Shown here one piece after another: positions 8,794 to 16,466 of a DNA stretch of 60,821 nt. Numbering within the stretch: position 1 is the first letter of the stretch; the number at the start of each line of letters is the position of its first letter. Below the pieces are notes generated by a model. It saw nothing but the letters and a program-made list of their open reading frames with translations. It was not told the DNA's origin and did no database searches. Source of the stretch: an uncultured Candidatus Poseidoniales archaeon (lineage in GTDB: Archaea > Thermoplasmatota > Poseidoniia > Poseidoniales > Thalassarchaeaceae); assembly GCA_902530535.1 (NCBI GenBank), contig CACAAP010000005.1:1-60821 (forward strand), written 5' to 3'. The position numbers were made by a program, and so were the translations under genes.

Positions 8794-9642
8794 ATGGCAA
8801 GGAAATTCAAGCTACGTCCTATCTCCTCTGAGGATGATGCTATTCACGAGAGGAGCGGCGTAATAGACAGAAGAGAGTTCATGAGGCTTTCTTTCAATAC
8901 AGCAGCCGGATTGATTACTACAGCCTCACTAGGCAGTGTGGGGTTCGCTTCTTTCCTAATGGGCCAAGCGGAAGGAGGTACTTCGGACTCTTCCATAAAA
9001 TTCTATGTCCCCAAGGGTTCAGACGTGTGGTACAATAACATGGACAAGCAGCCCATGACGCTACAATCTTTCGTAGACGAGTCCGCAAACACAACTACTG
9101 GAATGGTTGGAGCTGCAGGACTTTGGTCCGGCTTACCCATCATAGCCACATACCTCCCTCACGAGGAAAACAAAAACAAGCCATTAGAAGCAGACACCCC
9201 CAGATTCCAAATGATGGATGGATACACCGCAGGTGGTGCATACGTAGGATCCGGCTATGAAATCGAAGAAAAAGAGGAATTTGCATCATTGAATATTCAT
9301 GATAACCTGATCATTGTTTTCGCCAGATGCCCTCACTTATGCTGCATTCCTGGGTGGCAATTGGTGAGTAACGACTTCACTGCGGATAGCTGGCTCCCTG
9401 GCGGAACTGACACAAGTGGAAACAAATCGTTCTGCATCTGCCACTCTAGCAGGTACGACCACACTGTAATAGAGAAGAATACTGCTAGAAATAGATCCAA
9501 TGGACAAGAGTTTGACTTCATAGGAGTAAAGAAGACCGGTGGGCCTGCTCCGTACGGCATACCACTGATTCCGTTTACAGTAAGTGGCGGGGTCATTGAG
9601 GCGCTTCCAGATTTCATGGACTGGTACACATTCTGCGGGTAG
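8794..9642 (+). CDS. Rieske [2Fe-2S] protein with Tat signal/anchor (PetC/QcrA-like)
   Basis: DRREFM twin-arginine motif; CPHLCC and CICHSSRY cluster motifs; GGPAPYGIP. Confidence 0.95.
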   Translation: MARKFKLRPISSEDDAIHERSGVIDRREFMRLSFNTAAGLITTASLGSVGFASFLMGQAEGGTSDSSIKFYVPKGSDVWYNNMDKQPMTLQSFVDESANTTTGMVGAAGLWSGLPIIATYLPHEENKNKPLEADTPRFQMMDGYTAGGAYVGSGYEIEEKEEFASLNIHDNLIIVFARCPHLCCIPGWQLVSNDFTADSWLPGGTDTSGNKSFCICHSSRYDHTVIEKNTARNRSNGQEFDFIGVKKTGGPAPYGIPLIPFTVSGGVIEALPDFMDWYTFCG

Positions 9643-9651
9643 GTGAAAAAT

Positions 9652-10524
9652 ATGATTCAATTCTGGTTCCTATGGATTTTCATAGCTTTCGTTGTCGTAA
9701 TTGTCGCCTTCACACTGAGAAGAGAAAGGGACGATATGCCAAGGAAGGACATCTTGAGAGCTGTAGAGACAAATGCTGGTAGCATGGGTCTAGCCGAGAA
9801 GTTGTTCCTGTGGGCTTTCTCTTGGCTAGACACCAGATTCAGGATCCAAGACTACTGGGGCATGAGCAAAGACTCCTACTACAGCATGCATCGTCAGATG
9901 CCTTTGACTCATGCAGAGAAGTACAAACTGAGAATAATTTGGTATTGGTACCCGCTCTACTGCTTGGGCGGAATTTCATTCCTGGCATTCATCATCTTGG
10001 TGATTACTGGCACCATTCTAGGATTCTACTATGTCCCGGGAGGCGATTTGGACTCTGATCCGACACCGGCCTATGCATCGATGGAGTTCATCATGCTAGA
10101 GTTGCCTTTCGGATACATCATCAGATCTATCCACCATTGGGGAACGCACTTCTTCGTTGCGGCAGTTTTCCTACACATGTGCAGAGTCTATTTCACTGGG
10201 GCATACAGAAACCCCAGAGAACTGAACTGGTTGATCGGAGTCGCTCTAATGTTCTTCTCGATTTTCTTCGGTTACTCGGGATATTTGCTGCCCTGGGACA
10301 GTTTGGCCTTTGGGGCGGCCACCATCGGCATCAACATGGCCATGGCCACCCCGCTAATTGGGGAGTGGGTGGCTAATGCTATGTTCGGAGGGACTACATT
10401 GACGGGCCAGACAGTAGTGAGGATGTACTTCCTACATGTGTTCGTACTGCCGCTGATTGTTACTGTACTCATTCTAGCACACCTATTCATTGTGTGGGTA
10501 CAGGGAATTGCGGAGCCGCACTGA
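9652..10524 (+). CDS. Cytochrome b6-type subunit (PetB/QcrB-like)
   Basis: SD AGGTGA; LYCLGGISF, IRSIHHW...FLHM, PRELNWLIG, SGYLLPWD, FLHV-(14 aa)-LAH, C-term QGIAEPH. Confidence 0.96.
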   Translation: MIQFWFLWIFIAFVVVIVAFTLRRERDDMPRKDILRAVETNAGSMGLAEKLFLWAFSWLDTRFRIQDYWGMSKDSYYSMHRQMPLTHAEKYKLRIIWYWYPLYCLGGISFLAFIILVITGTILGFYYVPGGDLDSDPTPAYASMEFIMLELPFGYIIRSIHHWGTHFFVAAVFLHMCRVYFTGAYRNPRELNWLIGVALMFFSIFFGYSGYLLPWDSLAFGAATIGINMAMATPLIGEWVANAMFGGTTLTGQTVVRMYFLHVFVLPLIVTVLILAHLFIVWVQGIAEPH

Positions 10525-10533
10525 GGTGATTAG

Positions 10534-13347
10534 ATGGGGATAATAGAGAGATTTGGAAGAATTGCGGATACCTATGTTAGCGAGAAGGAGCAGCTCCTAG
10601 GGGCGGAAGAGGAAAGGAGGAGGGTGCATACTGGCCATGGTTTCTGGCCGACGGAAGTTCTCAGGGACACTATCATTTTCGCTTCGATAGTGATGGTAAT
10701 AGCATTCTACTCGTGGATTATTCCCCCTCCTCTGCACAATGCAGCAGATCCGTATGCTCAGGCAGGCTTCGTTTTCCCGGATTGGTACGTTCTATTCTCA
10801 TACGGTTACCTAAGATGGGGCGAGTATTTGCCTCAATTCGACATCCCTGCTGGCCCAATAGGGGAGTTCTTTGGTCAGCCAATCGTGTCATGGAACGCTG
10901 GAGTATGGGGGGCGATGATCACTGGGCTCCCAGTTGCTATTCTTGCACTGCCACCTTTCATCATTGGAAAGAGAGAGAAGAGAGGGGTAGAGGACCCCTG
11001 GTTCGCCACTGCGGGAGCCGTTTACCTTGCACACGTCTGGTTCATTTCTGTATTCTCGATTAATATCTTCCTGGAGATGTATGGCCAGAATCGTAGTGAT
11101 TACTGTTGGGCCGGGTCTCATGGGACCTTCTTCTGCGGTACTCAACCCCCATGGACTGCTGAGGTATTCAATGCGGTTCCATGGATCCTCACAGGGGTTT
11201 TCATCTTCGTCGTACTATACTTCTCGGTGAGGAAGTTCCTGATAGGGCCGATGGGCTCCAGGCTGACTCCAGTTCTTGGCAGACAGATAGCCGTAGGGTC
11301 TGTGATAGCCACCGTTCTCCTATGTACAGTTACTTGGCCGGTCTACGAAAACGGATTCTGGAAGCAGAGAGGTCTGGGAACAATGGGATTCTGGGAGTAC
11401 CAGTATGATGCCAAGCTCGTGGAGTTGGATGGAATAAGGGGACAGCCGGGAGATACCCTAATCCATGTGGATAAGGGACCTGTATGGGACGAGTGGGAGG
11501 ACGAATGCCTCCCATACGAGCAAACGAGCTCCCTGTCTGTCTGGGAAACTATGGAAGAGGGGACGACGCATGCTGAATGGTGTATTTTGCCCGCAAAACA
11601 TTTTGTGAACTGGGGAATTTACCAACCAACTCGTAGCCAGATAGTAGACTTCAGCGGGGTTAACGGTCATGCCGACACCCAAACGTCTAGGAATATTGGG
11701 GCGAATGAAATCATCTACCAAGGAGCAGAGGATGGCAGTCCGATGTCAATTTCTGAGTCTATCCAGTTCGAGGTTGAGGACCTTGGCATATCCAAGGTTC
11801 AAACTGACATAGGTTGTAACTTCAGAACTACAGTAAGAAATGCTGGTGAGCACTCTCAGAGCCTGACTCTAACAGATGATTCTGGCCAGGAGCTTTGGTC
11901 CAACTCGGGCTCCACCTGCGAATCAGGAACAATGTACCTGGATTCTGGAAGATCCTACACGATTTCCTTCACTACCCTGTCCGAGCAGGTCAATGACTCG
12001 GTCACAATGATTTCAGACTTCTCAGCAGTTTCCTATCAGCCTCTACTGCTCAACGATGATGGAACTGCACTAATCAGATCAGAAGTCAGCCTCAGCGATG
12101 AGGAACTGTCATCGATGTCGGTCACAAATCCCACCTACAAGAAGAATCCAAAGAGTCTCGATGCCAAGCTGATCTACTCGATGTTCATACCATGCCTAGG
12201 AGTAGGGGCTCTTGTTTTCATGCTCCTCAGGAGCATGGCTCGTGGATACGAATGGGAGATGAACAAGTGCTATGGGTGCGATTTATGCGATGATGCCTGC
12301 CCTGTGAGGTTATTCAATGCTGGAGATAAACTGAACATAATCTACAACACCTGGAATAACGAAGACGACGGAGTCCCACTTTACTCGTGCCTTACCTGCA
12401 CCGCCTGTACAAATGCCTGTCCACAATTAGTCGACTACGACTCATATATTGACATCAGAAGAAACCTTGTCGTAGGTGGCCCTCCTGCTACGGAAATCCC
12501 TCACACAGTGCTGCAAGCAGTACTAGCTGCTGAAGCAGAAGAAGACGCGGACGACTCATTCATCCCTGTGGAGGAGTACCCGTTAGACTCTAGCATAGGT
12601 TACTATCCAGGATGTGTAGACTACATTGACCAAGAGATGGTCTTCAGTCACGTGAACAAGGGCACGATGGATCTCGGAGATGCCACAACTTCCGCGTTCA
12701 CGATTTTCGAGGAGATGGGCGAGGATGTGACATACCTGGGTCGCGACTTCCTGAAGTGCTGCGGGCATGACCAGAAATGGCAGGGGATGAGTGAGGTCTT
12801 CGAGAAGTTGAAGGCTTACAATCAAAAGAAGCTCGGAGAGAGTGGAATAGAGACTCTAGTAACTTCTTGTGCTGAGTGTTTCAGAACCTTCGCCTTAGAC
12901 TATGAGTTAGATGAGATGAAGGTAATGCACACCACAGAATTCCTCGTGGAGAAGGGTTTCGACATGGGCTTGAAGTCAAATGATGAGGTCACCGTAACTT
13001 ACCACGATCCATGCAGGCTGGGAAGGCAGATGAATATCTACGACGAGCCGCGGGATCTGGTAGGTTCTGTAGAGGGAGTGAATCTAGTGGAAATGGAACA
13101 CACCGGAGAAGACGCCCTCTGCTGTGGGGTCTCCAGCATGATGTCATGTAACGAGAACAGCAGGGCACTAAGGGTCCAGAGATTCGATGAAGTAAGGGAA
13201 ACAGGAGCAGAAATCATGCTGACATCCTGTCCAAAATGTGTTGCTCATTTCGAGTGTCTTAAGTTCGAGGGAGATCCAAGACATGACTTCGAGATTCTAG
13301 ATGTTGTAAGCTTCCTGGCTAGGCAGATAGAAGAGTCCAGAGGGTAG
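10534..13347 (+). CDS. Cytochrome b6f-type subunit IV fused to an extracytoplasmic domain and an HdrD-like (2x[4Fe-4S] + 2 CCG) Fe-S oxidoreductase
   Basis: N-term FWPTEVLRD, AADP, FPDWY (PEWY motif). C-term CYGCDLCDDACP, CLTCTACTNACP, YYPGC, KCCG, SCAEC, YHDPCRLGR, LCCG, SCPKC. Confidence 0.93.
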   Translation: MGIIERFGRIADTYVSEKEQLLGAEEERRRVHTGHGFWPTEVLRDTIIFASIVMVIAFYSWIIPPPLHNAADPYAQAGFVFPDWYVLFSYGYLRWGEYLPQFDIPAGPIGEFFGQPIVSWNAGVWGAMITGLPVAILALPPFIIGKREKRGVEDPWFATAGAVYLAHVWFISVFSINIFLEMYGQNRSDYCWAGSHGTFFCGTQPPWTAEVFNAVPWILTGVFIFVVLYFSVRKFLIGPMGSRLTPVLGRQIAVGSVIATVLLCTVTWPVYENGFWKQRGLGTMGFWEYQYDAKLVELDGIRGQPGDTLIHVDKGPVWDEWEDECLPYEQTSSLSVWETMEEGTTHAEWCILPAKHFVNWGIYQPTRSQIVDFSGVNGHADTQTSRNIGANEIIYQGAEDGSPMSISESIQFEVEDLGISKVQTDIGCNFRTTVRNAGEHSQSLTLTDDSGQELWSNSGSTCESGTMYLDSGRSYTISFTTLSEQVNDSVTMISDFSAVSYQPLLLNDDGTALIRSEVSLSDEELSSMSVTNPTYKKNPKSLDAKLIYSMFIPCLGVGALVFMLLRSMARGYEWEMNKCYGCDLCDDACPVRLFNAGDKLNIIYNTWNNEDDGVPLYSCLTCTACTNACPQLVDYDSYIDIRRNLVVGGPPATEIPHTVLQAVLAAEAEEDADDSFIPVEEYPLDSSIGYYPGCVDYIDQEMVFSHVNKGTMDLGDATTSAFTIFEEMGEDVTYLGRDFLKCCGHDQKWQGMSEVFEKLKAYNQKKLGESGIETLVTSCAECFRTFALDYELDEMKVMHTTEFLVEKGFDMGLKSNDEVTVTYHDPCRLGRQMNIYDEPRDLVGSVEGVNLVEMEHTGEDALCCGVSSMMSCNENSRALRVQRFDEVRETGAEIMLTSCPKCVAHFECLKFEGDPRHDFEILDVVSFLARQIEESRG

Positions 13348-13351
13348 GAGA

Positions 13352-13684
13352 ATGACCAAGATAGGTGACGTCCTGAAGAGAAGGGCTGTTGAACAGTCAA
13401 GAATTAGGATGCAGCTGAACTCGGTTAGAGCTGAGGAGGAAGCTCTGCTGAAAGGAGGGGAAGACACAGTTGCCTGGGTAAAGGAAGAGTTGTGCATAGG
13501 TTGCGATCAGTGCACAATAGTATGTGATGACGATGCTATAGAATTGTACGATACGCCGCTGCTCAGTCCTTTAATGGACGTAGACGTAAATAAAAAGGCA
13601 AAAATTCTGAGGGACCCTTGCACTGGATGCAAGATTTGCGTTCTAGCATGCCCCACCGATGCGATAATAATGATTGACAGGTGA
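13352..13684 (+). CDS. 2x[4Fe-4S] ferredoxin with N-terminal helical extension
   Basis: CIGCDQCTIVC and CTGCKICVLACP; AGGAG SD. Confidence 0.92.
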   Translation: MTKIGDVLKRRAVEQSRIRMQLNSVRAEEEALLKGGEDTVAWVKEELCIGCDQCTIVCDDDAIELYDTPLLSPLMDVDVNKKAKILRDPCTGCKICVLACPTDAIIMIDR

Positions 13685-13688
13685 TTGA

Positions 13689-13973
13689 ATGGGGAATGAT
13701 GATCCAGTCAGATTCGGGGCAGAGTTTGGCCCTCATAGAACCAAGAGAGCGAGTGGGGTTTCATTATCAACCTTCAAGACCCTCGTGTGGGTTTCAAATC
13801 TTGGTGGTCTATTCCTATTCGCAATTGGAATGGAGTTGATGATAAGGGGGTCATTCTGGTTCGGAATCTCTTGCATAGTAATTGGAGTGGCTATTGCACT
13901 CTTCCCTTCGAACTATGAGATAGTAGGAATGGAGGAATTGGGCGAAGGATGGGGGATGGGGGAAGAAGAATAA
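13689..13973 (+). CDS. Small 2-TM membrane protein
   Basis: AGGTGA SD; two hydrophobic helices; operon spacing of 4 nt. Confidence 0.7.
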   Translation: MGNDDPVRFGAEFGPHRTKRASGVSLSTFKTLVWVSNLGGLFLFAIGMELMIRGSFWFGISCIVIGVAIALFPSNYEIVGMEELGEGWGMGEEE

Positions 13974-14243
13974 ATGATAGGGACGCTATTCCAGAACAGA
14001 GTCTGGAATGAAATCAAAAAAATCCCCGTGGGCCAAACCAGGACATACAAAGAAATCGCAGTTTCTATCGGAAATCCTGGATCATCAAGAGCTGTTGCCA
14101 ATGCTTGCGCAGCCAACCCAAATCCAATCACAGTACCATGCCATAGAGTAATTCGTTCTGATGGTAGACATGGAGGATACAGTGGACAGGGCGGAGATTC
14201 GGGGAAGAGTGCCCTAATTTCATCGGAAAGGGAATTGAGCTAG
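13974..14243 (+). CDS. ogt: O6-methylguanine-DNA methyltransferase (MGMT/Ogt, minimal catalytic domain)
   Basis: IPVGQTRTYKEIA, RAVANACAANP, PCHRV active site, GGYSG. Confidence 0.9.
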   Translation: MIGTLFQNRVWNEIKKIPVGQTRTYKEIAVSIGNPGSSRAVANACAANPNPITVPCHRVIRSDGRHGGYSGQGGDSGKSALISSERELS

Positions 14244-14353
14244 AAATACTTTATGAAAACCGCGAAAGATGCTATTGAAGCTATTGCCCAAATAAACATG
14301 TATGTACTCTGTTTCAGAGGAGATTTCCATAAATCTGAATCTTGTTCACTCAT
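14240..14353 (-). CDS. Putative 37-aa single-TM microprotein
   Basis: Manual translation MSEQDSDLWKSPLKQSTYMFIWAIASIASFAVFIKYF*; fills the intergenic gap and its stop overlaps the ogt stop. Confidence 0.5.
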   Translation of the reverse strand: MSEQDSDLWKSPLKQSTYMFIWAIASIASFAVFIKYF

Positions 14354-14403
14354 ATTATGACTCCGGGATTTGAAATTAGAATGTAAACATGACGGGAGCA
14401 AAA

Positions 14404-15048
14404 TCACAGCAGTGGCAATAGGAGCACTAGGCCGCAGAGAGGGAAAAGAACCATTGTCGCATTGTCGTCAATTACCTTCGATGAGGGCAACTCACCAAGG
14501 ACGGTCAAAGGGGCTAGCAAGATTGCTACAATTAAATCAGTACCAATCCAGAAATGACAACCGAGCCACACGCAGTAAGAAACAACTAGTCCAGCGATTA
14601 TTGCCAATCTAAGGTCCCTCATCTTCCTCTTTACCTCGCCCATTGTGGGGTCGACTAGAGTCATGCCAAGGACAATTGGGGCTCCATACAACCCCGCCTC
14701 CATTCCGTCTCCTTCTCCCTCAGGAGAAATTAGCAAGGCCAATGCTACTGCAAAGGCTCCCCATGCTAGCGCGGAAATCTGTCTGGACTCGTATTCTCTC
14801 TGGCCCACAATAACAATTCCTGTTCTAAGTCGTATAGCCTCAATAACAAGAATCAGAATACAAACTACGCTAACGAACTCCCTCATCTCTAGAGAGAAAA
14901 TTGAGGATAGCTCTTCTCCGTGGACATAGTATAGATAGGGTATACAAGCCATTGAGATGTGTGTAAGTCTTCTGAAAGCATGCCCACCAAAACCCCCAAT
15001 TGAATGATTTACGTGATCTACGAATAAGTCGTTTTCATCTGATGACAC
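14404..15048 (-). CDS. CTP-dependent polyprenol (dolichol/phytol) kinase-family membrane protein
   Basis: FRRLTHIS N-motif, DP..G, IDDNATM C-motif, multiple TMs. Confidence 0.65.
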   Translation of the reverse strand: MSSDENDLFVDHVNHSIGGFGGHAFRRLTHISMACIPYLYYVHGEELSSIFSLEMREFVSVVCILILVIEAIRLRTGIVIVGQREYESRQISALAWGAFAVALALLISPEGEGDGMEAGLYGAPIVLGMTLVDPTMGEVKRKMRDLRLAIIAGLVVSYCVWLGCHFWIGTDLIVAILLAPLTVLGELPSSKVIDDNATMVLFPLCGLVLLLPLL

Positions 15049-15933
15049 TTACAAACCACCATCTCTAATGGATGAAACCAATATTTCGATGGCCTCTCTA
15101 ACGGTTATAGAACCGTCACATAGTTCGGAGATGATATTGTCTATTTCAGGATGGGAAACTAGAATCGAATCCCATTCAGAGATTAATCTCTCCATCATCA
15201 TCATCTTTACTCGTGTATTCTGAGGTTCGCAGTTCTCAATGATCTCAATAAGTTCCTGTATACCATGTCCATCTTTTGCAGAAACTAGGACAACCTCGCG
15301 ATTGTCATCGCTCGCGAGACTTAGTGACGAACGTATATGCTGTGCTGCTGAAGATGCCCCTGGCAAATCTGATTTGTTAACGGCAATTACATCAGCCAAC
15401 TCAAGAATCCCCGCTTTCTCTGCTTGTATGATGTCCCCCCTATCCGGGCCGTCAACAAGAAGTAGCCGATCTACCAAGGCAGCTATTCTGAACTCAGACT
15501 GTCCAGTTCCTACAGTCTCAACAATTATTCGAGTCCATCCGCATTCAGAGAGTACGCCACATATCGGCCAAAGGATAGGAGAAATGGCACCTGGAGTTTT
15601 GCCAGAGGGTATAGACCTCACAAACACGTTCTCTCTCAAGTCGTCTCCCTCCATTCTGATTCTATCAGCAAGCAAAGAGCCACCAGATAACGGAGAAGTT
15701 GGATCTAGGGCAATTACGGCGACGCGTTCACCTGAAGATGCCCATTTCCTGACCATCTGTCCGATAAGAGTTGATTTACCCGATCCAGGAGGCCCCGTGA
15801 CTCCGAGAATCCACCCTGCCGTGGAGTTGATACTTGGGGGGTCAGCGGATTCAGAAATTGCAGAAATGAGCATTGATAGGCTTCTTCGATCGCCTAATTT
15901 TGCTGATTCCAATAGATCACTGATGTCAGTCAT
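15049..15933 (-). CDS. meaB: Methylmalonyl-CoA mutase-associated GTPase MeaB/ArgK
   Basis: GVTGPPGSGKST, DPTSPLSGGSLLADRIRM, VETVGTGQSE, IQAEKAGILE, NKSD; ATG 15933 overlaps the upstream stop. Confidence 0.93.
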   Translation of the reverse strand: MTDISDLLESAKLGDRRSLSMLISAISESADPPSINSTAGWILGVTGPPGSGKSTLIGQMVRKWASSGERVAVIALDPTSPLSGGSLLADRIRMEGDDLRENVFVRSIPSGKTPGAISPILWPICGVLSECGWTRIIVETVGTGQSEFRIAALVDRLLLVDGPDRGDIIQAEKAGILELADVIAVNKSDLPGASSAAQHIRSSLSLASDDNREVVLVSAKDGHGIQELIEIIENCEPQNTRVKMMMMERLISEWDSILVSHPEIDNIISELCDGSITVREAIEILVSSIRDGGL

Positions 15934-16366
15934 TCCAATTCCATCCCGAATCGTCTCCGACTCCAACTGGATTTCCATTTTGTTTTCGAATCAGAGCCTC
16001 ATTCAAGAAATCCAAAACATCCGAAGTGGGAGTTCCGGGACCGAAGACTGCTCTGACACCCGATCGAAATAGGGCTTCTATATCTCTTTCCGGAATAATG
16101 CCTCCTGCGAAAACAATTACACTTCCTAGTCTATTCTCTATTAGCTGCTCGCAAATCTTTGGAATTAGAGAATCATGTGCCCCAGAGAGCGTGGATAGAC
16201 CGAGAACTTCTGCATCTTCGTCGTTTACAATTCGTACAATCTCCTCTGGAGTCTTTCTGAGGCCTGTATAGATGACATCATGCCCCCCATCTCTCAATGC
16301 TCTGGAGACGACTTTTGCTCCTCTATCGTGCCCATCTAGTCCAGGTTTGGCAATCACAATTCGCAT
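15926..16366 (-). CDS. Methylmalonyl-CoA mutase C-terminal cobalamin-binding subunit
   Basis: MRIVIAKPGLDGHDRGAKV (DxHxxG), GLSTLSGAH, GGIIP, FGPGT. Confidence 0.95.
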   Translation of the reverse strand: MRIVIAKPGLDGHDRGAKVVSRALRDGGHDVIYTGLRKTPEEIVRIVNDEDAEVLGLSTLSGAHDSLIPKICEQLIENRLGSVIVFAGGIIPERDIEALFRSGVRAVFGPGTPTSDVLDFLNEALIRKQNGNPVGVGDDSGWNWND

Positions 16367-16466
16367 GTTTATGTAAGATGCAAGTGGTAATATGACTTCA
16401 AGCAACCGCATATGAAATTCTATTTTCTCAGGAATGCTCATGTGCGGCCTATTCCCATTCCCCCTC

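Noticed and set aside
10534-13347. HdrD-like module as evidence of methanogenesis or sulfate reduction
   Set aside because: CCG domains are widespread; no mcr, mtr, dsr or hdrA/hdrE genes in the window
13974-14243. ogt as part of the respiratory complex
   Set aside because: Adjacent and probably co-transcribed, but an ordinary DNA-repair protein; likely genome compaction
15239-16072. Long antisense ORFs (277 aa here; also 4004-4591, 34132-34749, 45218-45793)
   Set aside because: Ser/Pro/Ile-rich mirror frames of well-supported genes on the opposite strand
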